Below, piece after piece: positions 1 to 9,945 of a stretch of DNA of 64,000 nt. Position 1 is the stretch's first letter. Each line of letters starts with the position of its first letter. The stretch spans positions 108,660-172,659 of the forward strand of contig CAVOPM010000002.1 of NCBI GenBank assembly GCA_963697985.1. Direction: 5' to 3'. The DNA comes from an uncultured Solirubrobacteraceae bacterium. GTDB taxonomy: Bacteria > Actinomycetota > Thermoleophilia > Solirubrobacterales > Solirubrobacteraceae. The notes under the pieces are model-generated. The model was not told where the DNA came from and did no database searches. It saw only the letters and a list, made by a program, of their open reading frames with translations. The translations under genes and the position numbers were made by a program.

Positions 1-57
1 AGAGAGGTGAGTCAGACGGTCGCTCGCCAGTTGCCGACGCCGCCTATTTCGACGCGC

Positions 58-267
58 TCAGTCGGGTGGTTCCCGTCGCTTGGCTTTCGCCTTGGCGCTG
101 AACACGTAGCGCCACAGCGCGAACAGCAGCACGTAGCACGCGACCATCGAGACGAGTGAGATGACGGCGATCGCCGTGCCGTTGCCGCCGACTTCACTGA
201 CCGATTCACCATCGAGCGCAAGCGGCAGCGCGCCGGCGACGAGGACGCTCAGGACGCTGCTCACCAT
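58..267 (-). CDS. hypothetical small membrane protein
   Basis: 69-aa ORF directly downstream of the NlpC/P60 gene. It has two hydrophobic segments (VLSVLVAGALPLAL; AIAVISLVSMVACYVLLFALW) and a basic C-terminus. No family recognised. Confidence 0.3.
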   Translation of the reverse strand: MVSSVLSVLVAGALPLALDGESVSEVGGNGTAIAVISLVSMVACYVLLFALWRYVFSAKAKAKRREPPD

Positions 268-331
268 CTCGCTACCAAGGCGCCTATCCGGTGAGGCGGC
301 GCAGGTGGCCGCGTCGGCGTCGGTGCGTCAT

Positions 332-1216
332 CTACAGCCCCGGCCAGTGGCGGGCGACGTAGCCGGTGTTGTCAACCGGGCTGACCAGCCAGCGTGAGGC
401 GTAGACGCCGCTGCGCCCAGCCGTGTCGTACAGGATGCCGTCCACGTACATATAGGTGTGGCCGGCGTTTGCATAGACGGTTATGTAGCGTCCGGGGCCC
501 GCAGCGCCCCAGCTCTCGAGTTCACCGGAGGTCTCCGGCGAGCTCAGCAGGCCGCCCGCGGCCAGCGCGTAGCTGACCGACCCGGAGCAGTCGTAGGCGT
601 TGTCCACGAACGAGCCGTGTCCACCGCCGAACACATACGGGAAGTCGGCGATCGCATTCGCGCCGGCGACCACCCTCTGAATGACTTCCGGGACGTTCGT
701 CGGGATCGGAATCGTCCCGTTTCCGCCGATCGAGTCGCCGCCCTTGACCGGCGTAAGGCTCCTCTGCTGGGTCTGCTTGGCCGCGCGTTCGACCGCCTGC
801 ATCTGTGCCAGCTCCTTGCGCACTTCGGCGTCCGACGGCGCGCCCGCGGCCACGATCTGTTCGCCGGCCTTCGCCGGCGTGGCGGCAGCCTTGTGGCGAA
901 CCGAGGCCGGCGCCGGAAAGCTGCTGGCTTCGGTCGGATCCGCCACCTCGGCGACACTCGATCGAATCCCCGTCGTGGCGGCGGCGCGCTGAGTGGCGCC
1001 GGGCGGCGCACCGGACTTCGCGGCCACCGTGGGTGCAACGCCGCGTTCACCCGCGCCCGCGTGGGGTGCGGGCGTCGAATGACCTGAGCCGAGGCCGATG
1101 ATGAGGGCGACGACGAGCCCAGCGACCACCGTGACCAGCAGGGCCCCGGCCAGCACGAAGCGCGATGGGCCGCCGCGCCAGGCGGGCAGAGCCTGGTCGT
1201 GGGTCGTGTCCGTCAC
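332..1216 (-). CDS. NlpC/P60 (C40) family cell-wall hydrolase, membrane anchored
   Basis: 294-aa ORF with an N-terminal anchor (FVLAGALLVTVVAGLVVALIIGL) and an Ala/Pro-rich linker. The C-terminal motif is YVFGGGHGSFVDNAYDCSGSVSYAL followed by AGHTYMYVDG, the Cys/His pattern of NlpC/P60. Confidence 0.75.
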   Translation of the reverse strand: MTDTTHDQALPAWRGGPSRFVLAGALLVTVVAGLVVALIIGLGSGHSTPAPHAGAGERGVAPTVAAKSGAPPGATQRAAATTGIRSSVAEVADPTEASSFPAPASVRHKAAATPAKAGEQIVAAGAPSDAEVRKELAQMQAVERAAKQTQQRSLTPVKGGDSIGGNGTIPIPTNVPEVIQRVVAGANAIADFPYVFGGGHGSFVDNAYDCSGSVSYALAAGGLLSSPETSGELESWGAAGPGRYITVYANAGHTYMYVDGILYDTAGRSGVYASRWLVSPVDNTGYVARHWPGL

Positions 1217-1414
1217 TACTGCAAGGCTAGCGGGCGTGCGGGCGCCATGGTGCCGCTAGCTCCGGCTCGATCGCGAGCGTTCAAGAGTGTCGCCGAGGCA
1301 TGGGCGGGCACCCGCGCGCGCGGCTCAGCTACCCTGACTCGAATGCACGACGACGCAACGGCCGTCAACATTCACTCGGGTGGCGTCCACGCACCCGTAG
1401 AGATCCAGCCCCAC

Positions 1415-1852
1415 ATGCGCCTCCTGCACGGCATGCGCAGGCCCGCCAACTGGCTCCAGCTCGTGCGTTTCGGCTTCGTCGGCGGGATCGGGTTCATCAT
1501 CAACCTCGCCGTCTACACGCTCTGCGTGCACGGGTTCGGGGTCGACTATCACGTGGCGGCGGTGATCGCATGGGTCGTCGCGGTGGCGAACAACTTCGTG
1601 CTGAACCGCCACTGGACGTTCGACGCGCGCGGCGGCCGAGCAAGGTTTCAAGCGGTCCGCTTCGTCGCCGTGAGCCTCGTCGCGCTGGGCTTCAGCCTGC
1701 TCCTGTTGATGCTGTTCGTCGAGGCTGTGGGCATGCCGAAGGTGGCGGCGCAGGCGCTTGCCGTGGCGGCGTCGATGCCGCTCAACTTCCTGGGCAACAA
1801 GCTCTGGAGCTTTCGCACGCAGCCCGACGGTTTGGCCACCGCCGAGCTCTGA
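1415..1852 (+). CDS. GtrA family membrane protein (start uncertain: 1343, 1415 or 1433)
   Basis: Contains WLQLVRFGFVGGIGFIINLAVYTLCV ... VANNFVLNRHWTF ... NFLGNKLWSF, typical of GtrA-like 4-TM proteins. The ORF track extends upstream to 1199, but that N-terminus looks non-coding. Confidence 0.7.
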   Translation: MRLLHGMRRPANWLQLVRFGFVGGIGFIINLAVYTLCVHGFGVDYHVAAVIAWVVAVANNFVLNRHWTFDARGGRARFQAVRFVAVSLVALGFSLLLLMLFVEAVGMPKVAAQALAVAASMPLNFLGNKLWSFRTQPDGLATAEL

Positions 1853-1938
1853 GTCGCGGCGTCGCGAGCGTCCTGCGGGCTCTCAGCGGGTACCTATACT
1901 CTGGCCGTTCCCCCTCTCGGAGGATTTGCGTGCAGGAG

Positions 1939-2421
1939 ATGGTCATCTACGGCGTCAGCTTCGACATGGTTGGCAAGCAGCCGATCGTGCTGCTGAAGAC
2001 GGTCGACGGCAACAAGTTCCTGCCGATCTGGATCGGGCACCCGGAGGCCGCGTCGATCCTGATGAAGCTGCAGGGCGCCGGGACGCCGCGCCCGATGACC
2101 CACGATCTGCTGTGCGACATCCTCGGCGAGCTGGATGTCAAATGCACGCAGGTCTCGGTAACCGAGCTGCGCGAGAACACGTTCTTCGCCTCGATCACGC
2201 TCAGCGTCGCCGGCCGCGAGCTGGAGATCGACTCGCGACCGAGCGATGCGATCGCGCTGGCCGTGCGCTCAGGCGCACCGATCTACGCCGCCGAGGAGGT
2301 GATCGCCGAGTCGGCGATCGAGTTCGAGCACGATGTCGAGGAGTCCGAGGACGTCGTCGAGAAGTTCAAGGAGTTCCTCGACGAGGTCTCGCCCGAGGAC
2401 TTCGCGGCGGGCGACTCTTAG
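1939..2421 (+). CDS. bifunctional nuclease (BFN/DUF151) family protein
   Basis: C-terminal 160 aa of the 1300..2421 frame: MVIYGVSFDMVGKQPIVLLKTVDGNKFLPIWIGHPEAASI...RPSDAIALAVRSGAPIYAAEEV, with an acidic tail. ATG at 1939; alternative GTG at 1930. Confidence 0.75.
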   Translation: MVIYGVSFDMVGKQPIVLLKTVDGNKFLPIWIGHPEAASILMKLQGAGTPRPMTHDLLCDILGELDVKCTQVSVTELRENTFFASITLSVAGRELEIDSRPSDAIALAVRSGAPIYAAEEVIAESAIEFEHDVEESEDVVEKFKEFLDEVSPEDFAAGDS

Positions 2422-3419
2422 CCGGCGCGGGAGGGACTGACGCCCCCGGCCTCGAGTGCCTCGCGCGTCCACGCGCTGGCGAGGACGTGTGCGATCAGTT
2501 CATCGAAGGAGACGCCGCCGGCGTCCGCCGCTTGGGGCAGCAGGCTCGTCTCCGTCATCCCCGGAACGATGTTCGTCTCGAGCACCCACAGCTCGCTGCT
2601 GTCCTCATCGAGCATCAGGTCGATGCGCGCGACGCCGTGGCATCCGAGCAGCTTGTAGACCGCCAGCGCCAGATCCTGGGCTCGCTCGCTCGTCTCCGCC
2701 TCGAGCTCCGCCGGACACACGAACGTCGTCATCCCGATCTCATAGCGCGATTCGTAGTCGTAGAAGTCCTCCTCCCGGGGGACCGCCTCGACCACCGGCA
2801 GCGCCACCGGCTTCCCTAGTTCGGGAAAGTCGAGCACCGACACGGCCAGGTCGCGGCCCTTGACGTAGCGCTCGATCAGGATCTTGCGGTCGTAGGAGAA
2901 CGCCCCGACGAGCGCCCCCGGCAGCTCCCCGCTCGTGCTGGCGAACTTGACGCCGAGCGCCGAGCCCTGGCTGGCGGGCTTGACGACCAGCGGAAACCCC
3001 AGTGCCTGCTCGACGTCGGGTAGCGCGCCCGCCGCGCCCAGCTCCTTGATCGACGCCTCGCGAAGGGAGCGGAAGTCCGGCGTCGGAATACCCGCCTCGC
3101 GCATCAGGTGCTTGGCCAGCACCTTGTCGGTGCAGCGCATGCAGGCCGCCGGCCCGGAGCCCGTAAAGGGGATGCCGAGCGCTTCCAGCAGCGTCTGCAC
3201 GGTTCCGTCCTCGCCGTCCGGGCCGTGGAGCGCGATGAACGCCGCATCGGGCTTCGCGTCGCGCAGTTGGGCGACGAGCTCGGAGTCGACATCGAGCGCG
3301 AGGACCTCGTGTCCCAGTCGCGCCAAGGCCTCCTGTGCATGGGCGCCCGAGCGCAGGGACACGTTGCGCTCCAGCGAACGCCCGCCCTTGAGCACCGCGA
3401 CCTTCTTCGCGGCGCTCAT
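2418..3419 (-). CDS. ddl: D-alanine--D-alanine ligase
   Basis: 333 aa. Starts KVAVLKGGRSLERNVSLRSG and has an ATP-grasp core (PLVVKPASQGSALGV, ...LETNIVPGMTETSLLPQAA). Its start overlaps the upstream stop (ATGA). Confidence 0.9.
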   Translation of the reverse strand: MSAAKKVAVLKGGRSLERNVSLRSGAHAQEALARLGHEVLALDVDSELVAQLRDAKPDAAFIALHGPDGEDGTVQTLLEALGIPFTGSGPAACMRCTDKVLAKHLMREAGIPTPDFRSLREASIKELGAAGALPDVEQALGFPLVVKPASQGSALGVKFASTSGELPGALVGAFSYDRKILIERYVKGRDLAVSVLDFPELGKPVALPVVEAVPREEDFYDYESRYEIGMTTFVCPAELEAETSERAQDLALAVYKLLGCHGVARIDLMLDEDSSELWVLETNIVPGMTETSLLPQAADAGGVSFDELIAHVLASAWTREALEAGGVSPSRAG

Positions 3420-4889
3420 CGATCCTGGCGCCGGCGTCCCGATCCACCCTGCCCGCGGCGTGGCAGCTCGACGACGTCGGCCAGGCCGACGCCGCCGTCG
3501 GCGGCTCGCGCATCTGCGCGCTCGGGCTTGTCCTCGGCTTGCGCCGGCGGGGGAGATCCGGTGAGCGTTCCATACAGCCCAACCTGCTCGTGGACGACCT
3601 TGCCGATCCGGCGGATCCCCTCGCGGATGTCTCGATCGGGGACCCCCGCGAAATTCAAACGCATCGAGGATGAGCCGCTGCGACCATCCATGTATGCGGC
3701 TCGGCCGGGAACGAATGCGACGCCCTCGCTCTTGCGCGCGAGGGCGAGCAGGTCGGTCGTATCGATGCGCTCGTCGAGCGTCGCCCAGATGAACAGCCCA
3801 CCCTGCGGCCTGGTCCAGCGCGCGTCTTCGCCGAAGTGCTCCTCGAGCGACTCGAGCATCACGTCCCGGCGGCGTCGGTAGAGATCCTTGAGTCGCTCCA
3901 CGTACTCTCGCCAGGCGGCGTCTCCGCGCGCGTCACGCTCTTGGAAGTACGCCGCGACGAACAGCTGCGTTACCGGGGAGGAGCACAGGTCGGCGCCCTG
4001 CTTTCCGAGGTTGAGCTTCTCCAGCACCGGCCGCGGAGCCACGGCCCAGCCGAGACGCAGGCCGGGCGAGAGGATCTTCGAGAACGTGCCGAGGTAGATG
4101 ACCAGGTCGGCCGCCGATCCGCGCCCGGCCGCTTCGGCGTCGAGCGAGTAGATCGTCGGCAGCGGATCGCCCTCGTAGCGGAGCAGGCCGTAGGGATTGT
4201 CCTCCAGCACGAGCAGCTCGCGCTCGCGCGCCACCTCGACCAGACGCCGCCGGCGGGCGAGCGACATCGTCACCCCGCCGGGGTTCTGGAAGTTGGGGAT
4301 CGTGTAGATGAACTTCGGTCGTCGCCCCTCGTGCCGCCAGCCGGTCGAGCGTGCTCTCCAGCTCGTCGATCGGCATTCCGTCGCCGTCCACCTCGATCTG
4401 CGCCACCTCGGCCTGATAGGCCCCGAACGTCGGCACCGCTCCCGGATAGGTCGGAGCCTCGGCGACGATCACGTCGCCAGGGTCGATCAGGGCCTTGCAG
4501 ACCAGGTCGATCACCTGCTGGCCGCCCGTCGTGACGATCACCTCGCCGGGATCGACCGTGGTGCCCTCCGCCGCCATCACCTCGACGATGCACTCCACCG
4601 CCGCCGCCATCCCCTCGGTCGGGCCATATTGCAACGCCCGCGCCGTGGACTGCGCGGCGACCTCGGACATCAGCTTCGCGTACAGCTCGGGCGCGAAGGT
4701 GCTCGTGTCCGGCAGACCGCCCGCCAGCGAGATCACGTCCGGGCGCTCGGTCAGCGCCATCATCTCGCGCATGGCCGAGCTTTTCATGCTGCGCGTCCGG
4801 GCGGCGAACAGCGCCTCGTAGCGCGCGAGCTCATGCGCGGTGGGCCGCGCCCCGCGCCCGTCGCCTGTGCCGCTGATCGATCGGTCCAT
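3416..4889 (-). pseudogene. PLP-dependent aminotransferase (class I/II, MocR/2-aminoadipate-type), interrupted by one frameshift (possibly a sequencing error)
   Basis: The N-terminal part lies in frame 3933..5048 (SAMREMMALTERPDVISLAGGLPD...QYGPTEG). The C-terminal part lies in frame 3416..4273, preceded by an in-frame RPKFIYTIPNFQNPGG. The frames switch at the C4 run 4325-4328. Confidence 0.75.
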
Positions 4890-5047
4890 TCGCCTGTCGT
4901 CTCTATTCGCCGTCGCGCGCGCCGAACCTCGCTGTCGGTCTGGCCGCCGGAGGAGTCCTCTATCGTCCTGCCGATCGACGATCGGCCCAGCTCCCGCACG
5001 GTAGCGCACCCTGCCCGCGGATTTGAGCACGCGAGCGCGTCCACCCA

Positions 5048-5647
5048 ATGAACGGCATCTTCTTCTACATCGGTCTCGGCCTCGGCTTGGCGGCGGCCTG
5101 CGGGCTGCGTCCCTATCTCCCCGTGCTGCTCGCCGGCGCCCTTGGCTCGGCTGGCGCGCTCGGCGTCACCTTCGCCCACAGCAACTACCACTTTCTGCAG
5201 TCCGGCTGGTGGCTGCTCGTCGTGGTCGTCGTGCTCGTCGGGGCGTACCTGCTCCAGCTGCGGCTGGGCGCTGAGCGCTTCGAGGCGGTCGCCGGCGGCG
5301 CGATCAGTTCCCACGCGGTCGCCGTGGGGGCGTTGTTGTTCGCGGGCACGCTGGCGGCCCACGGCGACGCCTGGTGGCCCGGACTCCTCGGTGGGGCCGG
5401 GGCCGCGATGCTGGCTCGATACGCAGCCGGTCCCGTGATCACACGGGCTCGCGCCCGCCTTCCCGACCGCGCCGCGCGCGAGGCGCTGACCGTCTACCTC
5501 GACGCGGCCTCCCTCGTGCTCGCCGCCGCCGTCGCGCTGCTGCATCCGCTCGGCTATGTCGCGGTCGGGCTGCTCGCGTGGTTTGTGTGGCGCAGGCGCG
5601 CGCGCACCGATGAGAAGCACGCCGGCCTGCGCATCCTGCGCCGCTAG
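5048..5647 (+). CDS. DUF4126 family membrane protein
   Basis: 199 aa starting MNGIFFYIGLGLGLAAACGLRPYLPVLLAGALG, with multiple TM segments, typical of DUF4126. Confidence 0.7.
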   Translation: MNGIFFYIGLGLGLAAACGLRPYLPVLLAGALGSAGALGVTFAHSNYHFLQSGWWLLVVVVVLVGAYLLQLRLGAERFEAVAGGAISSHAVAVGALLFAGTLAAHGDAWWPGLLGGAGAAMLARYAAGPVITRARARLPDRAAREALTVYLDAASLVLAAAVALLHPLGYVAVGLLAWFVWRRRARTDEKHAGLRILRR

Positions 5648-7183
5648 ATGGACTCGACGCCGCCCAAGCTGGTCCTCTGCGTTATCGACGCGATGGCCCC
5701 CGAGATGCTCGAGCGTGCGGTCGCCGCGGGGGCCGCGCCGGTGCTCGCGCAGCTGATCGAACGCGGTCGCTACGTGCCCGATTGCGTCGCCGCTTTCCCA
5801 TCCGTAACGCCCGTTTGCGCCGCCTCGATCGTCACCGGCGTGGCCCAGGACGCGCACCGGATTCCCGCGATGAACTGGTTTCATCGCGAGGAGCGACGCT
5901 ATGTCGAGTACGGCTCCAGCTTTCGCTCCGCGCAGCGCCTCGGGATCGCACGCCAGCTGACGGACCTGGTCTACAACATGAATCGCGCGCACCTCTCGCC
6001 GGATACCCCGACCGTGTTCGAGTCCCTCGACGACGCCGACGTGCGCACCGCGGGCACGACCTACCTGATGTACCGCGGTCGCCACCGCCACGAGCCCCAG
6101 CGGGACACGGCGCTGACGCGCGTGGCCTCGACGCTGATGCGCCACGCCGTGATGGGTCCGCGCGAGCTGTTCTACGCCGACGTCTTTTCCTCGCGCCCGA
6201 CCGGCTGCCGCTCGGGGCTGGGCATGCCGGGAGTGCGCGACCGTCATTCGGGCTGCGTCTCCTCGTACCTGGTCGAGCACGACCTGTTCGACTTCCTCCT
6301 GCTCTCACTCCCGGACAACGACTGGTACTCGCACAAGTACGGCCCCGACGCGCAGCTGCGGTCGATCGCCCAGGCAGACCTGCAGCTCGCCCGCGTGTTC
6401 GAGGCATCCGGCGGCGTCGATGAGTTCCTGCGGGAGCACGCGGTGATCGCGATGGCCGACCATTCGCAGGTGCCCGTCACCGACACGATCGCCCTGCAGG
6501 ACGAGCTCGCCGACCTGGGAGTGCTCGGACCGTCCCGCTCGTCGGGGAGCTCCAACGGCGAAGAGCCCCGGATAGCCGTCTGCCCGTCCCAGCGCGCCGC
6601 GATGGTCTACGCCCTGCACGAGCCCGAGCGCGACGCGATGCGCGCCTCTGTCGCCACACGCGCGCTCGCGATCGATGGGATCGAGCACGTCATGTGGCTC
6701 GCGCGCGACGCCCACGAAGCCCCGAGCGAGGGAATCATCTCCAGCCCCACGCGCGGCGAGCTGCGATTCCGACCCGGTGGGCCGGTGGAGGATCCGCGCG
6801 GTGTCCGCTGGAGCGTCGAGGGAGCGCTCGCGGTGATCGAGGCGACGGTCCGGGATGGACGCTTGGAGACGCCCGGCTACCCTGACGCGCTCGCGCGCGT
6901 CTGGTCGGCCCTGACCTGCCCGACCTCGGGCGAGGTCCTGCTCTCCGCCGCCCCAGGCTACGAGTTCATCGACTGGGGTCGCCAGGCGCACGTCGGTGGC
7001 GGCAGCCACGGCTCGCTGCACGCCTCGGACTCGCTTGGGGCGCTCGTCATGTGCGGGGTCGCGCCGCCGCCGGCGGAGCCCGCGCAGTGGGCGATCCGCG
7101 ATATCGCCCCGATCGTGCTCGGGCACTTCGGACTCGGGGCGGACGCCTCCTCCGGCAAGCCGGACGCCGAGGCGGCTATTTGA
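5648..7183 (+). CDS. alkaline phosphatase / nucleotide pyrophosphatase-phosphodiesterase superfamily protein
   Basis: 511 aa. Contains LVLCVIDAMAPEML...AAFPSVTPVCAASIVTG (metal/nucleophile region) and a late GGSHGSLH motif. ATG immediately follows the upstream stop. Confidence 0.7.
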   Translation: MDSTPPKLVLCVIDAMAPEMLERAVAAGAAPVLAQLIERGRYVPDCVAAFPSVTPVCAASIVTGVAQDAHRIPAMNWFHREERRYVEYGSSFRSAQRLGIARQLTDLVYNMNRAHLSPDTPTVFESLDDADVRTAGTTYLMYRGRHRHEPQRDTALTRVASTLMRHAVMGPRELFYADVFSSRPTGCRSGLGMPGVRDRHSGCVSSYLVEHDLFDFLLLSLPDNDWYSHKYGPDAQLRSIAQADLQLARVFEASGGVDEFLREHAVIAMADHSQVPVTDTIALQDELADLGVLGPSRSSGSSNGEEPRIAVCPSQRAAMVYALHEPERDAMRASVATRALAIDGIEHVMWLARDAHEAPSEGIISSPTRGELRFRPGGPVEDPRGVRWSVEGALAVIEATVRDGRLETPGYPDALARVWSALTCPTSGEVLLSAAPGYEFIDWGRQAHVGGGSHGSLHASDSLGALVMCGVAPPPAEPAQWAIRDIAPIVLGHFGLGADASSGKPDAEAAI

Positions 7184-9812
7184 CGATCTTGAAGCTGAGC
7201 CGGGCGGGGGCGGAGGTCAGACCGGCGGCGCTCGCGGTGATTACGAGCGTGTAGGACCCCGGCTTGAGCTTCCTGGATCGCGAGATCACTCCCTGGAAGG
7301 AGACCCTGTTCCGGCCGGCATGGGCTATGAACGCGAGTGTGCCCTTCGTCACCGTGCGTTTGCACGCGTGCTTGCGGCGGTTCGCGTGGGTCTGCGCGAG
7401 GCATCTCCTTCCGACCTTGCGCCCGCGCGCCGGTTGGGTGAACGCGAAGCTGACTCGCGCCCCCTCGTTGAGGGTGAAGGAGAACGTCGTGCCGACCGGG
7501 GGGCGCTTGCGTGCGACACGCGCCAGGCGGTTGCCCTCGCGCCATGTGCGGTGGGATTGGGAGACGCCCGAAATGCGGGGAGGCGTAAATGGCCGCAGAC
7601 ACGTACACGCGACGATTAGGAGGCGTGGCGCCGTCGTGAACGTCTGGTCCGCGCCAAAGCTCGTCCCGCCCGAGTTTCCAGCGACGATGCGGAAGTGATA
7701 GGCGGTTGCCGGCGCGAGGCCGCTGATGGCCGCCGTGATCGGGGTGGCAGCTCCTCCCGCGGCAACGCCCTGGTTTGCCGACGAGGAGCCGTATGCGGTC
7801 GTCGGCCCGTACTGGAAGTGGGCGGTGCTCGAGGCTCCGGCGTTGACCGTTCCGTTGAGTGTGGCAGTGGTCGTGGCCACGCTCGACGCAGAGCCGGTCG
7901 TAACACTCGGCGGCGGGTTCACGAACACCGAAGCCTTGTTTTCATCTTCCCCGCCGATCAGCGCGGTGTCGCCGTCGGAGGACAGCGCCACGCCGACGCC
8001 GAAGTCGCCGTCAGTGGTCAAGCTCTGTTCGGGGCCGCCGAGCAGCTTTGCTCCCTGCTGGGTCCAGGCGGCGCCCGATCGCGTGAAGACCCACGCCGCT
8101 CCGGCAGTGGAGCTGTCGAATGGGCCTCCGACCAGCGCGGTGTTGCCGTCGCCTGACAGCGCCACGCTCCAGCCCGTCCGGCTCGCCCCGTCCGGTCGCT
8201 GCCGGTGAGCTTCGAGCCCTGTTGGCCCCAGCCGGAGCCCGAGCGTGCGAACACCCACGCCGCCCCGACATCAGTGTTGTCGAGTGGGCCGCCGAGGAGT
8301 GCGGTGCTGCCGTCTGCCGACAGCGCCGCGCTGTATCCAAGCTCTGCTTTGCCGGTCTCGTCGCTTGCGGTGAGCTTCGGGCCCCTGCTGGGTCAAGGTC
8401 CCGCCCGAGCGCGTGAACACCCACGCTGCGCCGGCGCTGCCGTTGTCTCCGGTGCCGCCGAAGAGCGCGGTGTTGCCGTCGGCGGAGAGCGCGACGCTCT
8501 GGCCGAATTCGCCGTTGACGGTCTCTTCGGCGCCGCCGGTGAGCTTGCCGCCTTGCAGGGCCCAGGTCCCGCCCGAGCGTACGAACTCCCACGCGGCCCC
8601 TACGAACCCGTTGTCGGTGGGCCCACCGATCAGCGCGGTGCTGCCGTCGCCTGACAGCGCCACGCTCAAACCGAACTCCCCTTTACCAGTCTCTTCGAGG
8701 CCGGCGGTGAGCTTCCCGCTCTGCGCTGCCCAGGTCGCGCCCGAGCGCGCAAACACCCACGCCGCGCCGACGCTGCTGCTATCAGTGAAGCCCCCTACCA
8801 GGACCGTGTTGCCGTCGGCCGCTAGCGCCACGCTCGAGCCGAACCGCGCCCCGGCGCTTGCGCCAGCGCCCGTGAGCTTTCCGCCCTGCTGCGTCCAAAC
8901 GCCGCCTGCGCGAGTGAACACAAACACCGCGCCTAAATTGTTGTCCTGGGGAGCGCCGACCGCCGCGGTGTTGCCATCGGCGGAGATCGCCACGCTCGAT
9001 CCGAATTCGGGGGCGAATCCTTCGAGGCCGCTGCCGGTGAGTCGCGAGCCCTGCTGAACGAACGGGTCGATCCGCAGCGGATAGCTCGCGCCGCGCGCGT
9101 CGACCTTGATCTGGACTCGTGCGCCGTGGACTTCCAGCCAGCTGTGCAGCACGCGTCCCCGAGCGTCGGTTGCAGAAAGCCCGGTATAGCGAAGCGCCGG
9201 CCCCCCGGCGTGAGTCAACAGGAGGCTCCGCCCGTCCTGCGACAGTACGGCGTTCGCATCACCGGTCAGGGCCATCGACAAGGTCAGCTGCTTGGCCGCC
9301 GGTCCGGCCGGCGCCCGCGCCAACGTAAACCCCTGCTCGACCCCAAGCGGCCCGTTGACATACCACTCGCTCAGCCCCGCACGTGCGTAGGTCGCGCGGT
9401 TGGCATTGACGGTCGGCGTGACCGCGGCGACTGCACGAAGCGATCGGCCGTAGCCGACGGCGCGGAGGCTCAACCCGAGTTCGGTCGCGCCCGAGCGCAA
9501 CAGGACACCCGATCGGGAGAATCGCGCGCTCAAATGCTGCTTCGTGCTCACGGCGCGAAACCCGCCATCCGATCGCGTGAGGCGGTACGCGCGATCGTCG
9601 GCGCCCAGAGCGGCGGAGATCGGACCCTGAGCCGCGATCGGCAAGCTGGAGACGCTCTTGTACGGTGTGACGCCGCCGCGCGCCACCGGGACGGTCACCG
9701 GGCGTTCGTCTTCGCCCGGCCGCGCGGACAGAGCGACCCCGAGCACCAGCGACACCACGGCACCCGCGACGAGCGCGCGCCAGGGGAGGGCAGCTCTGGC
9801 CAGTACCGCCAC
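7176..9812 (-). pseudogene. secreted FG-GAP(_2)-repeat protein with FN3-like and basic C-terminal domains, interrupted by two frameshifts (possibly sequencing errors)
   Basis: Signal/anchor MAVLARAALPWRALVAGAVVSLVLGVAL. About 6.5 repeats of FGxSVALSADGNTALxGG...GAAWVFxRSGxxWxQQGxKLT are spread over three reading frames (8271..9812, 8018..8254-type frame, 7176..8258). Confidence 0.7.
7930..9030 (-). repeat. tandem coding repeats (~55 aa / ~165 nt units) of the FG-GAP-like protein
   Basis: The peptide unit FG.SVA.S.DG.T...GG..D....GAAWVF.RSG..W.QQG.KLT recurs about 6-7 times when the three frames are joined. Confidence 0.6.
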
Positions 9813-9945
9813 TGTGAGCGCAACCTAATTCGCCGACCGGCCCGCGTCAAGACGTGCGGACAAGTTGACGAGCGGCCGCAACCGTGAGCTCGAACGGGAC
9901 GCGGGCGCCTCGTCAAGCGCGATCGCGGTCACGTACCCTCGCGGG

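Noticed and set aside
1217-1342. Possible cyclic-di-AMP (ydaO-type) riboswitch upstream of the NlpC/P60 hydrolase. Such genes often carry one in Actinobacteria.
   Set aside because: The region is only ~125 nt and is shared with the divergent GtrA gene. I see just a GCTAGCGG...CCGCTAGC hairpin (1229-1263), not the pseudo-two-fold ydaO core motifs. A covariance-model scan (Rfam RF00379) would settle it.
4784-6280. 498-aa minus-strand ORF antisense to the DUF4126 and phosphatase genes. The same kind of long ORF occurs at 16026..17036, 17030..18289, 18228..19487, 29337..30635, 31016..32212, 39025..40281 and 45431..46897.
   Set aside because: These ORFs are Arg/Ala/Gly/Pro-rich with no recognisable motifs. 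They lie exactly antisense to, or frame-shifted from, genes with strong family signatures. This is the expected stop-codon-poor artefact of very GC-rich DNA.
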